Assembly: GCA_002269645.1 (NCBI GenBank)
Contig: NIVC01003483.1
Span: 1 to 63,028, forward strand
Origin: Macrostomum lignano
Taxonomy: Eukaryota
Direction of reading: 5' to 3'
Length of the DNA stretch: 63,028 nucleotides
The first letter of the stretch is position 1. The number at the start of each line of letters is the position of its first letter. Positions 1-15,069 of this stretch are shown in pieces. Under the pieces are notes generated by a model, which was not told the DNA's origin, ran no database searches, and worked only from the letters and a program-made list of their open reading frames with translations. The position numbers and the translations under genes were made by a program.

Positions 1-130
1 CTAGTCTCTATAAGCTAACACACAGACTAAGCTGACTTAACTTAAAAAAAACTGGCACAAAAATGCAAAAAACACTGCCAGTCACTTTGTTATATATTGC
101 TCCTAAATATGTATATATATGTAACATATG

Positions 131-165
<35 letters not shown>

Positions 166-1545
166 TTTTTGAATTACGCAATTACTATTAATAATTAATA
201 AAACAATAACTTTGGGATTTTGTCGCCCGAGTCCAGCAATAGAAATATATTGATACGCCAAGTTATTCAGACATTCATTCTTCTGGGTAATAATATGATT
301 ATTTGCTATCAGTACGAGTGTATTTAATACACAGTAAAAACTTGGCAAAAATGGAGTCGAACGTTCTATATAAAAAAATTATTAAGCAAGCAAACAAATT
401 TAAAATTAAACGCGATTTAAAATCCAACGTAAGGCCTGTTAGGGTTTTCAATTTTAAGCAGATCCGATGCTGTTATATCACAGGTGCAGGCGGCAGACTG
501 TTGGGACTTAAATTGCTGTATTCGATAAAACAAAAAGACACATTATTTTTGAAAAAAAACGAAATTTCCACTGTAGTCTGTTAAAGCTGCTGCATAATTA
601 ATTAGTTGAATCAAAATTATTAATAATAATAATTATGATATTTGCTACAAACAGAAATACGAAACGTTTAAAACATCGTAGTTGCAATGGAAGTTAAGAA
701 GTGAAATTTTAATTATTTGAATAACATATACAGGTGCATAGAAATTAATATAATGTTATAAATAATATCTATACTGGAAGAAGTTGGGCTGCATCGCATC
801 GTTAACGCTCTCTACTAAGCTAAATCAATACGATAAAAGGCATTCATATTGATTACAGTTGACACAATTAGAACTAAGTATCCATAGGAATGCATTATTT
901 TATCATATAGATTATTAATAAACCGTTGTAGTAATATTGTACGCATTCATTACGGCCTTACATAGAAAACGTGAAAATAAAAAATAGATTATAATATTTT
1001 CTTGACACTTCAAGCAAGATAAAACAGGTGATAAAAACAAAAAAAAATCGAAAGTTTTAACAAACTTGATTCTCTTTTTCTAAGAATATACGATTTTATT
1101 AAATTAATTAGTGAAAATTAAAGTGAAACTAAGTCTAAATATCATATTTATTTATGCAAGATTAAGCACAAGAGGCACTAAAGTTCCTACCGTAAAACCG
1201 ATTAAAAGATACAGGTTATTTGTTAAAGCAAAGCATTAAATAATAATAATAATAGCAATGAATGGCACAGCCCTGTACAGACAAAATCTAATGTACGCTC
1301 CACAGTTCCTGGAAATATTGTATTTGGCAAGTAAATTTCAAACTTGTTTTACTGCCAACTATCATCTTAACATTCGTAAGGCATGGACAAATCATTTATT
1401 AGGCACTTAGGCACTAAAACATTACATTTTTTGATCGATCATAACCCGCATCAAATGTTTAAAGCAAACACATATTATATACTTATTTATACTTTGGTTG
1501 GCGTCTGTATAATTACTTTGTGCTGCACTAATTAGAGTAGCGAGT

Positions 1546-1785
<240 letters not shown>

Positions 1786-2079
1786 TTATTAATTTAAATA
1801 AACTTTTGAAAACAAGTAATTGTAACAATATAACTCGTTGCAACTAGAAAAAAACTGCAGTTTCTGATAGTTAACCAAATTTTCCAAAATTTCAGAATAA
1901 AAATGAAGGCAATCTGTAATGGATTATACACAAGGTATGAAATTGTAATTATATTGTAGCCTACTAAAATATAATTCGACAATGTAGATAGCGTATACAC
2001 TGGGTATAAGGTAGAAGTTGAAACAAAAACTGTATTAAAATCAAGACAAGAGATGCTAGCAGGCTCTAGGGTGGATTCA

Positions 2080-3837
<1,758 letters not shown>

Positions 3838-4019
3838 CTGCACGGGATATGCGTTTACAGGTGCATAGACATGTTGATATAGATGTGCGCTTATTATCAT
3901 GCATTCTCACGCATTAACGCTCCCACACACTTTTTTACACTATATAATTCATTTACTAGACGTCTATAGTAGTTCAGTAACGCATAACCCATCCTACATA
4001 AATTCTCATTGGCAAACAC

Positions 4020-4790
4020 CCAACCCCCTATAACAACCCATCCTCGATAACACCCTATCCTTCATAACACCCATTCCCCCATAAACATCCCATCCCCTAC
4101 AAAAACCGATAAGACCCCAACCCCATAACACCCCATCCCCATAACACCCCATCCGCCATAACACCCCATTCCCATAACACCCCATCCCCCATAACACCCC
4201 ATCCGCCATAACATCCCATCCCCATACCACCGATCCACCATAACACCCCATCCCCATAACACCTATCCCCCATAACACCAACAACAACAACAGCAACAGA
4301 GTACGCTGCCGGATCACAAAAGCAACGTCAGATGGCACGCTTCGAAGCCTGGGCGCGAACAAAGGCCGCACCGCCGGCAGAGTCCGGGGCGCCGGCGTCA
4401 GCCCACATCCCATAAAACCCCATCCTCCATACCACCGATCCGACATAACACCCCATCCCCATAACACCCCATCCGCCATAACACCCCATCCCCATCCGCC
4501 ATAACACATCATCCCCATAACACCCCATCCCCCATAACACCCCATCCCCCCATACCACCGATCCACCATAACACCCCATACCCCATAACACCCATCCCCC
4601 ATAACACCCCATCCCCATAAACACCCCATCCCCCATAACACCCCATCCCCATAAACACCCCATCCCCATAACACCCCATCCTCCATACCATCGATCCGCC
4701 ATAACACCCCATCCCAATAACACCATGTCCCCATAACACCCCATCCCCATAACACCCCATCCCAATAAACACCCCATCCCACAACCCCAG
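4020..4790. repeat. CCCATCCCCATAACAC-type minisatellite (~16-18 bp) in PKN intron 3
   Basis: Visible tandem array, interrupted by a unique island at about 4275-4405. Confidence 0.93.
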
Positions 4791-4800
4791 CGGGACTCAC

Positions 4801-5309
4801 AGCGGGCTGCCTGCTAGCAGTCCTTGGCGGTGGGGTGGGCACCAGCTCGTGCAGATTGGTCCTACTCTTAGACGCAATAGTAATGTCATTCCGATCGCCC
4901 AAGCGCTTCTGAAACGGCCACCAAGTCATCCAATTGACATTCTTCGGCATCTCAGCGGCCATCCGTTTGCCCTTCCGCCGGCTGAGCAGCCTCTGCCGCT
5001 GCCGTTGCAACGGCTGCTTCTTTCGGAAGATTTGCGGATTGCTGAAAATCAACTCGGCAAAGAAGAAGCCGTCGGGTTCCAGATAGAATGGCACAGCGTG
5101 CTTCTCGCAGTCCAGATAATCCTCCAGCTTCAAGAACCTCACAGCGGCCAAGCCGCGACTATCTCGCCAGTGAATTTGAATCTCTAACTCGCGAGCAGTT
5201 TCCAGCGGTATGCTGATCCGATTGTTCCAGCACTCGTGCGACATCGGGCGCCACTCGGATGACCATTCGAATTTGTTGTTGTCAATCCGTAGTATGCATT
5301 TGACCTCCT
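4801..5309 (-). CDS. PKN: PKN exon 3 (C2-like domain, second half)
   Basis: EVKCILRIDN..W..CWNNR..LETARELEIQIHWRDSRGLAAVRFLKLEDYLD..FYLEPDG..FAEL matches the PKN C2 region. Acceptor ttcgcag|AG and donor GCT|gtgagt; phase fits exon 2. Confidence 0.88.
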
Positions 5310-5439
5310 CTGCGAATGGTGACGGGTTTTAGGGGGAGGTGGTTTGTCACATAAATCCTATACTAAAATGAGTACACACTGACAGATATGATAACAAAAT
5401 TGAGCTCGTAAAATACGAGTATTTCACATGTATTTTCTT

Positions 5440-6040
5440 CATTACTGATCCCATTGTCTTTAATACTGATCCCATTGTCTCTATCACTGATCCCATCGTT
5501 TCCATCACTGATCCCATTGTCTCCATCTCTGATCCCATTGTCTCCATCACTGATCCCATTGTCTCCATCACTGATCCCATTGTCTCCATCACTGATCCCA
5601 TTGTCTTTATTACTGATTCCATTGTCTCTATCACTGATCCCATCGTTTCCATCACTGATCCCATTGTCTTTATCACTGATCCCATTGTCTCTATCACTGA
5701 TCCCATCGTTTCCATCACTGATCCCATTGTCTTTATTACTGATCCCATTGTCTCTATCACTGATCCCATCGTTTCCATCACTGATCCCATTGTCTCCATC
5801 TCTGATCCCATTGTCTAATACTGATCCCATTGTCTCCATCACTGATCCATCGTTTCCATCACTGATCACATTGTCTCCATCACTGATCCCATTGTCTCCA
5901 TCACTGATCCCATTGTCTTTATCACTGATCCCATTGTCTTCATCTCTGATCCCATTGTCTTTATTACTGATCCCATTGTCTTCATCTCTGATCCCATTTC
6001 TTAATTACTGATTCCATTGTCTCCATCACTGATCCCATTG
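5440..6040. repeat. 21-bp minisatellite in PKN intron 2
   Basis: Tandem ACTGATCCCATTGTCTCCATC units. Confidence 0.95.
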
Positions 6041-6879
6041 CCAATGTCATTGCTTTCACTGTTCACTTTACTAAACACATCCTATCACTTTCCACACTAC
6101 ACAGAGTATGCTACACAATCTGACTCAACACAGTCAAACATGTAAAATGGTTTAAAAACATTCAATAAAAAACTTTCTTGAAAAATAATTCGCAACATGA
6201 TAAACATAAAAGCGGAACCAGTTAGCCTGCTGGTTGGCAATAAAATGTCAAATTCTGTCAATCTGTTTCAAAACTATAATAGAAGATGCATTTGTTAGTA
6301 ATATTTAAGTATCTTGCTACCCTAATGCTCAGTACTAGCCGCGATCAAATCCGCTTAACTTAGGCTAGGGAGATCCCATATATGCAGATGTATAAACTGG
6401 GGATTCGAGTTCGGGACCATGCCAGTTCAAATCGATTTATCGATTGCATATAAACTCGCCATCCGGTAAAATGTTAACAAATCATCATATGTATTGTGGT
6501 ACACTAAAAATTCATTGCATGCCTGTATATGGTTCTGTTCCTTTTTGAATCAATCAATTATTACCATAGACATTGCTATGCGATAGGCGCCGCATGAGAG
6601 CGGGCGCGCAACCGCTTATTAACATGTCTGGCACAGTGGGCGGCTGTGGCGCCGCCCTTTCTGGGCTGATTGCGAATCCTGAATCGATTGATTGATTGAT
6701 AATTAATAGATTAATTAATAGTCTCTGCACATATCATAGTCAGAGGTAATAGGTTTAAAACAAGTAATGATACCGATATTCAATAATTTTGGATAGAACA
6801 TGCCTGCTTACCTGTTTATATCGCTTTCTAAACTGTTTCCCGGCAATATACCTGTCTACCTGTTAACCTGGAAATCTTA

Positions 6880-7440
6880 ACTATCTACCCATCAATCTCA
6901 ACTGGCTGCCCGTCAATCTCAACTGGCTGCCCATAAATCTCAACTGGCTGCCCGTCAATCTCAACTGGCTACCCGTCAATCTCAACTATCTACCCGTCAC
7001 TCTCAACTATCGACCCATCAATCTTAACTATCTACCCGTCAATCTCAATCTCAATCACTATCCACCCGTCAATCTCAACTATCTACCCATCAATCTCAAC
7101 TATCTACCCGTCAATCTCAGCTATCTACCCATCAATCTCAACTATCTACCCGTCAATCTCAACGGTCAATCTCAATCTCAATCACTATTCACCCGTCAAT
7201 CTCAACTATCTACTCATCAATCTCAACTATCTACCCGTCAATCTCAACGGTCAATCTCAATCTCAATCACTATCCACCCGTCAATCTCAACTATCTACCC
7301 ATCAATCTCAACTATCTACCCATCAATCTCAACTATCTGCCTGTCAATCTCAACTATCTACCCGTCAATCTCAACGGTCAATCTCAATCTCAATCACTAT
7401 CTACCCATCAATCTCAACTATCTACCCGTCAATCTCAACT
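6880..7440. repeat. 21-bp minisatellite in PKN intron 2
   Basis: Tandem ATCTACCCGTCAATCTCAACT units. Confidence 0.93.
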
Positions 7441-7586
7441 GTCTGTCCTGAAATATTATAATAAACTATACACAAAGCTACTAAATATCGTTAGAAGGAA
7501 AGAATGTTAGAAAATTAGAAGACAAAAAACCAGGTTTGGCAATAGAAACTAAATCAATCAGCATTATTGCCCTATTAACAGCTCAC

Positions 7587-8034
7587 TAGTTAGTTCGTCT
7601 TCATGCAACCGCATGCTGTAGCTCCTAGTGGGCATGATACCCTTTGATCCTTTGCGCAGAGATTGATAATCACCACTGGCTGCCACAGGCAGGGGGCTGG
7701 CGCTACCGCCGAAGTTGCCGTTGCCGGAGGCCCCCAAGCCGCCATCAGACGGCCGAGGCCTCAGCACGGCCGGGTCTTCAATCAGCTCTTTACAACCGAG
7801 CACTTTAATCTCGAGTTTGCCACTAACAGGCGCCGGAGCCTTTACCAGAGTCTCCAATGCTGCGTACTCCTTAGCTAGCAGCAGCTGTCTGTCCCGGCGA
7901 ACCCAATCGAGATTGTCGTCCATCTCCGCTAGCAGACGGCCGAGAGAGTACTCGAATAGAGCCACTTTGCACTGGGCTTCGGCTAGATTCTGCTGTACGC
8001 TGGCTGCGCGAGCCTTGTCCGGAGCTCGGACCGT
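7587..8034 (-). CDS. PKN: PKN exon 2 (end of HR1c, start of C2)
   Basis: Acceptor ccgcag|ACG. Translation includes QQNLAEAQCKVALFEYSLGRLL and KAPAPVSGKLEIKVLGCKELIE (PKN-type KPA.LTG.LEV.L.GC). Donor A|gtgagc. Confidence 0.87.
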
Positions 8035-8762
8035 CTGCGGTATGGTTCAAGATTGTGTGCGACACAGGTGAGTAAAATGGCATTTGTTTTAATTCAATGA
8101 CAGAATCAATCCGGAAAAACTAGACAAGGTCTAGTAGGATTTGCTAGACTATTTTAGAATACCAATAGCAATAGTGATATACCAATAGTGAGCACGAAAA
8201 GTACTTTAACCACCTCTTTCACGCATTCTCTGTTTCTCTATTTACTTATCGATTATCTTCACGACTTTCTACTCTCTACCCTTCTCCTCTACTCTCTCCT
8301 TTCTATTCTCTTTTCACTATCTCTCTCCTCTACTCTCCTTTCTACTCCTCTCATCTACTCTCTCCTCTCTACATCTTTCCTATACTCTCTCATCTCGATC
8401 CCTTCTTTTCTATTCACTCACCTGTACTCTTCTTCTCTACTATATCTTACATCTACGCCTCTCATGTACTCTCCTCTCATTGCTACTCCTATCTAATCTC
8501 TCATTTCTACCCTTTCTCTACTCTCTCCTGTCTACCCCTCTCCTCTACTTTTGGCTGTTGGCACGTTTTTCAGGCACACACTCATACACACGCTCACACA
8601 GAGTGCACAGCAAGCCCTGACTAATCGAATATTTAATCCTCAGGCATGTACACTATCTGTGCCTTGGGGGTTCGGCCCTCATTGGTGTGAATTTCCGTGC
8701 ACACAAGCCCCAAAACGAATGTGACCGCGCAGCGCAAGAGTGTAAAAATCTCTCTCACACAC

Positions 8763-9557
8763 CTGCAGAGCTCTCGCCGCTTTCATTGCTCCATCGCACA
8801 GTCGCCATTCAACTTTCAATTTGTGCTTCAACTCTTCGATTCGTTGCTGCTCAGCTGACAGCTCCGTTGGCGCGAGAATCACCCCGACGCCGGTACCGTC
8901 TGAAGAGGAAGCGGCAGCAGCAGCCGCGGCCGCCGCTGCAGCGCTAGCAGCCGCCGTGTCCTCCTGCTGCAAGCGCAACAGGCTGTTCTTTAAAAAAGCA
9001 ATCTTATCGCGACTCTCGGCAAGCTCCTGTCTGGCCCGTTCCAGCAGAGCGGCTGAAGCGCCAGACACGGCCGCGCCTTTGCCGCACAGATTCTCAATCA
9101 GCCTCTCGGCTCCAGACTTCACTTTCATCTCAATTGCCAGCTGCTTTTGAAGGTCAGTAATTCGCGGATCGACGCCACCAGAACCGCCAAATCCGCCGTC
9201 ATCTGATGCTCCACCGCCGCCACCGTCGGCTTCGTTAGCAGCTGCCGATGTGACACCGCGGATGTGCTGCAGCACCAGCATTTCGTTGCTGGTTTCCTGG
9301 ATCTGGTCGTGAATCTCGTGAAGGTCTCTCTCGTAGTCGGCAATCTGTTTATTAACATCTTTTGCTTTCTTTTTTTCCATAGCGTTGCGCAAATTCTCGG
9401 CGCCAGCTTTCAACTTGCGCACCTTGAATAGTTCATCTTTTAGAGATTCTTTCTGCGCTTCGAGACGGCGCATCACTTGGTCAAACTGCTCAGGATCGGA
9501 GCCAGGCCGCAAGCTGTACTTTGTGGCCACGCTAGTGTAGGAATCCAAAGTGTCCAT
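8763..9557 (-). CDS. PKN: PKN exon 1 (three HR1 Rho-binding repeats)
   Basis: HR1 repeats LKAGAENLR, QLAIEMKVKSGAE and RIEELKHKLKVE..DGA. Donor CAG|gtgtgt. Confidence 0.9.
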
Positions 9558-9770
9558 TGCTGCTGCTGCGTGACCTCTAAGTGAGAAAATCTGACTAATC
9601 TATAGCAGGCCAATACTTGGTTGCCCGAATTGGGTTTGACAATTTCAGAAATGTTTATAACGCAGATTTCCTGTTAACAATGGTTATTACTTCTAGTTGT
9701 ACAGTTGGTTCGTTGTATTGATTAACTGAGTAAAATACCTCTCGAAAACAATTAAATTACTTTAAACGGC

Positions 9771-10051
9771 TAATAATAATTGATTGCACCTGCCCTAATG
9801 AGCAGATGTGCAACCGACAGCTCAGCCGCAGCTATTGCGCGGCGCATCTGAAGGCTGCGTACGGCTGTTCAGTCCAAGGACTAGGGGGGGGGGGGGTCGC
9901 CACACACCCTCAATTACCCCAGCTAATGCTGGCACCCATTTTACAGCTGGGTGAACTGAAGCAATGCAGAGTTAATTGTCTTGCTCAAGGACACAAATTG
10001 TTCCAATGGAATCGGGAATCGAACCCCAGACCACAACTAGGCTACAGCCCC
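9771..10051 (-). mobile_element. tRNA-derived SINE, copy 1 (deletion between box A and box B)
   Basis: Minus strand reads GGGGCTGTAGCCTAG (box A-like) ..GGTTCGATTCCC (box B), then the central tgtgtccttgagcaagac..cacccagctgtaaaatggg block and an (ATT)n tail. Homologous to 11445-11734. Confidence 0.75.
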
Positions 10052-11444
10052 ATTTAAACCGTCGCAATATAATATTTAAATAGTTTTGACTCAAAAACTC
10101 CTTAAATTAATGCCACAAAGTCTTAATAAAAAACGCGTCTATATTTATACACAAAAACTTGACATACTGACCGTTCCTAATTGTACATAAGAAACATCTA
10201 AACAATAACTATATGTGAGCTAAAAATAAAGAAAGAAAAAAATAGTTAAGTAAAATAAAAAAGAATTGTTTATAATGTGAATTGACAGCATTTATTTATG
10301 TAATAAAATTATTTTATTATTTGAAAGGGCTACACTACTGGATGAAATTCAGGTTTAAAAAAACATAACTTTTTATTCAAAAAGCAATTTAAAATGGGTA
10401 TAACAAAAACTGGGTTAAAATTGATTATTGAGTGAATGTATATGCAAATCTATATAACTATTGATAAACATTAAACGATTAATTTTTAATATATCATATC
10501 TCATGCCACGGTACCATGCTAAAAGTACACCAGATTTTGTACATAAAGCTTTTTGTGTCTTTCAATTTCTTATAGTAATCCAAATAATAGAAAATTGTAA
10601 AAATTTCCTGACAAAAAACGTTTTTTTTCAAAAGAACACCATTTATGCAGTTAATAATTATTGAAAATTAACAAGCGCTGGTTCTGAATTACAATAACAA
10701 TCCTATACTTATATATAATATGTGTGTATACTGTACATCAATATGTACGTAACTAATTATTAAATTTAATATAACAAAATGACACACAAAAGCACAATTT
10801 TGTTAATTAAATATTCAGTGCAATCATCACAAAAATTATATACCGGTATATATAAAATACTAGAATGATGCATGCAATAAACAATTTATAAACGTGTTTA
10901 ATAACGTTAATAAATAGGCTTTTCTTGAACTATATACATGCAAATATTAGAGTCAATACTAATAATATTAACTAGGATAACTATAAACAATTGAGTTAGC
11001 ATAAAATTGATAAGCTTAATGTATAATCAGCTTTTAAAAACTTTGAAAATCTATGAAATTTTGTAATATATTTTTGATGGCTTGATTTAACTTTAATAAT
11101 ACATTAGCAAGATGAGGAAGGCGTTTGCGCTGAACTTTCAGCAAGGTTATAAACCTTTTATAAAAATTTTAACTGACACTGCCCGTTCCGCCGACTCCCC
11201 TGAGCAGGCGCACAAGCGCGCGGATACGTTACGCAGTCATACGCGCAGGCACAAACTCACACAGGACTGTACAGCGGCCCTAACTTTAATTATCGTTAGG
11301 CCTGTACACTTCACTGTGCCATGGGGGGTTGGCCCTCAAGGCCGTTAATTGCACGAGCAGAGCCAAGCCGAGATTCCAATTTAGCCCCAAATTTAGCCCT
11401 AACCATTATGGCAGCTGGACAACTGGGCTACGGACCCACCAATT

Positions 11445-11734
11445 ATTATAATTGATTACACCTGTCATAATGGCCAGATTCGCAACCGACAGCTCAGCCG
11501 CAGCTATTGCGCGGCGCATCTGAAGGCTGCGTACGGCTGTTCAGTCCAAGGTCGCCACACACCCTCAATTACCCCAGCTAATGCTGGCACCCATTTTACA
11601 GCTGGGCGAACTGAAGCAATGTAGAGTTGAGTGTCTTGCTCAAGGACACAAATTGTTCCTAAGTGGAATCGGGAATCGAACCCCAGACCTTCAAGTCCTG
11701 AGCCCGACTCTATAACCCACTAGGCTACAACCTC
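11445..11734 (-). mobile_element. tRNA-derived SINE, copy 2
   Basis: Box A TAGCCTAGTGG, box B GGTTCGATTCCC, and the same body and ATT-rich tail as copy 1. Confidence 0.8.
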
Positions 11735-11892
11735 ATTTTACCATTAACAATAGCTAATACATTCAACAAAAAGAAAAAACAGGCCTTCAAATACGAGATT
11801 TAAATTGTTAAACGATCAATCAAAAGGATAGATCTTTACTCAAGAATAATACGCTCGTAATCCCAATGAATCGCTGATTCAACAGCAGATCC

Positions 11893-12327
11893 CTAAGACT
11901 GATGATGCGACGCCACTGGCCGTCTGGCGGAACCAACAGCATTGTAGGCCTGGCGAATCAGTGCATAGGGGAAGCACATCTCCAGCAGACTGGCAGTCAG
12001 GTAGGGGCACTGCTTCACTATCAGGTCCAAGATGATGAACACTGAGGGCAGATTCCTGCCAGTGAGCTCGTCCTGGCTAGCCCTGAGCAGTGAGCTGCTG
12101 CACAGAGCTAGAAATTCTTTCCAACGATCGCCCAATTCAATGCTCAGCTGCTGCGGAGTGCACAGAGTTAGCAGGGCTGGCAGGACTGAGTTCAAGGCTC
12201 CCGCAATGGTGTGGGTATTGTTGTAGTGCGCCTCAACATCGTGGCCATAGACTGTGTTGTCAAGGGCGGCCAGGCGGGGCAGAGACACGGACAGGAAGAC
12301 CAGCATGTGGCACACCAGCATGTACTC
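11893..12327 (-). CDS. NCKAP1: NCKAP1/Hem last coding exon (exon 8)
   Basis: EYMLVCHMLVFLSVSLPRLA..HYNNTHTIAGALN..KEFLALCSSSLL..LEMCFPYALIRQAY matches the NCKAP1 C-terminus. Acceptor ccgcag|GAG. Confidence 0.92.
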   Translation of the reverse strand, partial: EYMLVCHMLVFLSVSLPRLAALDNTVYGHDVEAHYNNTHTIAGALNSVLPALLTLCTPQQLSIELGDRWKEFLALCSSSLLRASQDELTGRNLPSVFIILDLIVKQCPYLTASLLEMCFPYALIRQAYNAVGSARRPVASHHQS

Positions 12328-12399
12328 CTGCGGTGGGGTGGCAAGGGTCATGACCGGTTAGAATGCACAGATTCAGAACAAGGTAAGATAGATATAATG

Positions 12400-13045
12400 G
12401 TGAGATAGAAAATAGAATAGCTGAGGTAGAAGATAGAATAGGTGAGCATGAAGGTATAATTTGTGAGACTGGAGATATAATACTGGAGTGACAAGATAGA
12501 ATGGCTGAGATAGGAGAAAAAATGGCTGAGATAAGAGATAGAATGGCTAAGATAGGAGATAGAATGGCTGAGATAGGAGATAGAAAGGCTGAGATAGAAG
12601 ATATAATGGCTGAGATAAGAGGTAGAAAGGCTGAGATAGGAGATACAATGGCTAAGGTAGGAGATTGAATCGCTGAGATAGGAGATAGAAAGGCTGAAAT
12701 AGGAGATAGAAAGGCTGAGATAGGAGATAGAAAGGCTGAGATAGGAGGTAGAAAGGCTGAAATAGGAGATAGAAAGGCTGAGATAGGAGATAGAATGGCT
12801 GAGATAAGAGATAGAAAGGCTGAGATAAGAGATAGAAAGGCTGAGATAGGAGATAGAATGGCTGAGATAGGAGATAGAAAGGCTGAGATAAGAGATGGAA
12901 AGGCTGAGATAGGAGATAGAAAGGCTGAGATAGGAGATAGAATGGCTGAGATAAGAGATGGAAAGGCTGAGATAAGAGATAGAAAGGCTGAGATAGGAGA
13001 TAGAATGGCTGAGATAGGAGATAGAATGGCTGAGATAGGAGATAG
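12400..13045. repeat. 21-bp minisatellite in NCKAP1 intron 7
   Basis: Tandem AGGCTGAGATAGGAGATAGAA units running up to the donor site. Confidence 0.95.
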
Positions 13046-13052
13046 AATTCAC

Positions 13053-13367
13053 CTGCTCAGGTTTCCCTTTAAGCCGTTCCAGCGCCTGCAGCAGGCCCAG
13101 ATCCACTGAGCTGTCCAGTCCCATTCCGCTGCGGAACAGTGCGGTGACTTCGCCCCGATCGCCGAGCAGATCTTCAGCAGTTTTGATGAGGAACGGAGAC
13201 CGTTTCTGCATGACGGAGTTCAGGCCCTCCTGGCACAGGCGGCGGAAGCTCAGGTAGACGCCGGCGTTTTTAAAACGGCACAGAAATTCGACCGGTTGCT
13301 GCAGGCGACCGGATAGTTCGGACATCCGCGTTGGATCTTCGAAGCTGACACGGAGGGCTTGGAGAAC
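13053..13367 (-). CDS. NCKAP1: NCKAP1 exon 7
   Basis: Acceptor ccccaag|GTT. Translation VLQALRVSFEDP..GVYLSFRRLCQEGL..V..KRSPFL..VDLGL. Donor CAG|gtgaat. Confidence 0.88.
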
Positions 13368-13499
13368 CTTGGGGAAGAAATCGAGGATGCCAGGGGGGGA
13401 GGTTTATTAAGAATCTTAGATTGCAGTAGCTTTGGATGGCACAGTGCAGTGATAGGCCAGCGGTAAAAGAAGCGATTAATCTGTTTTTTAATGCGCTTA

Positions 13500-13773
13500 G
13501 ATTAATGATTGATGGATTGGTTTGTTGATTGATTTACTGATGTATTGATTGGTTGATTGATTGATTGGCTTATTGATTGACTGATTGATTGGTTTGTTGA
13601 TTGATTGGCTGATTGATTGGCTTATTGATTGATCGGCTGGTTGATTGGTTTGTTGATTGATTGGCTGATTGATTGACTGATTGATTGGTTTGTTGATTAA
13701 TTGGCTGATTGATTGGCTTATTGATTGGTTTGTTGATTGATTGGCTGATTGATTAGCTGATTGATTGATTGGC

Positions 13774-13804
<31 letters not shown>

Positions 13805-14160
13805 CTGATTGATTGGTTTGTTGATTAATTGGCTGATTGATTGGCTTATTGATTGGTTTGTTGATTGATTGGCTGATTGATTAGCTGATTGATTGATTGG
13901 CTGATTGATTGATTGATTGATTGATTGATCGGCTGATCGATTGATTAGCTAATTGATTGATTAGCTGATTGATTGATTGATGGATTGTTTGATTGATGGA
14001 TTGGCTAATTGATTGATGGATTGATTCGATCGATTGATCGATTAGTTGATTGATTGGCTGATTGAATGATTAACTGATTGATTGGTTCATTGATTAGCTG
14101 ATTGTTCAAATGATTGATTGATTGATAAATTAGTTGATTGATTGATAGATGGATTAATTA
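13500..14160. repeat. Degenerate (GATT)n microsatellite in NCKAP1 intron 6
   Basis: gattgattggct-type runs. Confidence 0.95.
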
Positions 14161-14284
14161 ATATACTGGTTGAGAGATCGATATACGGCATGGCTGATTG
14201 GCATACATCATAATTGATGCATAAATCATAGCTAGAAAAGCAAGTTTAGCAGCAAAAGCACACGGCAATATGAGCACCCCTCAC

Positions 14285-14973
14285 CTCCATATTGGCCATA
14301 ACCAACTTCTTAGCTTCTTCAATCTCCGCGGCAACCAATTTGCAGACCTCCTCATCAAGATACTTCATACCGTAGGGACCGATCAGTTCGGCCAGAGCGC
14401 AGATCTCGTTATAATCAGCGTACTCTTCAATAGGGAACGGCTGGTTGGGGTCCATCATGAGGAAACTCTTGAACCTGGGACTGTAGATCACCCTAGGCGA
14501 GTCGGCAACCACTTTGGGCAGCAGGGCACCGCAGTACCAAGCTATGTAGTTGTGCGTGATGGTCTGGTCACCGCGCCAGCTGTCTCTGAGCTGGGTCTGC
14601 TGCAACAGCACCATGTTGAACACCCGAGGCAGGTCCAATGTCATGAAACAGTCCAGATCTTGGAGCACACCTAGAGACGCTTTTAAACAGCTCAACAGTT
14701 CCGACGGTTTAGCGATCTCTTCCCGTTCGGCATTGTACATCTGGCTAGCAACGATAGTTTTACAGAACTTCTGTTCCAATTCGGCAGTCAGAACCTCTCT
14801 GGGCACGATGGATCGGTATTGAAAATTGACAGTTCGGCAGTTGTGCAGGGAGCAGCACAGCTCGCTCAGTGCCATGCGGTATTTGTCAATAGAGGTCATG
14901 TTCTCTCGGCGCTTTCGCTGCGACTCCGTGCCGGGAACTTCGGCGGCCGCGGCTGACGCCAACGCCGCTGCGG
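14285..14973 (-). CDS. NCKAP1: NCKAP1 exon 6
   Basis: PGTESQRKRRENMT.IDK..ALSELC..PRE.L..AKPSELL..VLLQQTQ..EEYADYNEICALAELIGPYGMKYL. AG and GT borders in phase. Confidence 0.92.
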
Positions 14974-15069
14974 CTGCGTGTGGCGAAACGTATCGTTTTG
15001 TTTTACAAATAAGGGATATGCTGCCATGCAGACGAGTTCCAATTCTATTGCTGCAATACCCATAGCATT

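Noticed and set aside
1-1500. Short AT-rich ORFs downstream of PKN
   Set aside because: They look like low-complexity 3' UTR or intergenic sequence with no motif support.
6632-6640. CACAGTG (Transib/RSS-like heptamer) in PKN intron 2
   Set aside because: Single occurrence with no inverted partner or 5-bp TSD.
11660-11734. tRNA gene
   Set aside because: Box A and B are present, but I could not build a full cloverleaf and the sequence continues into a repeated SINE body.
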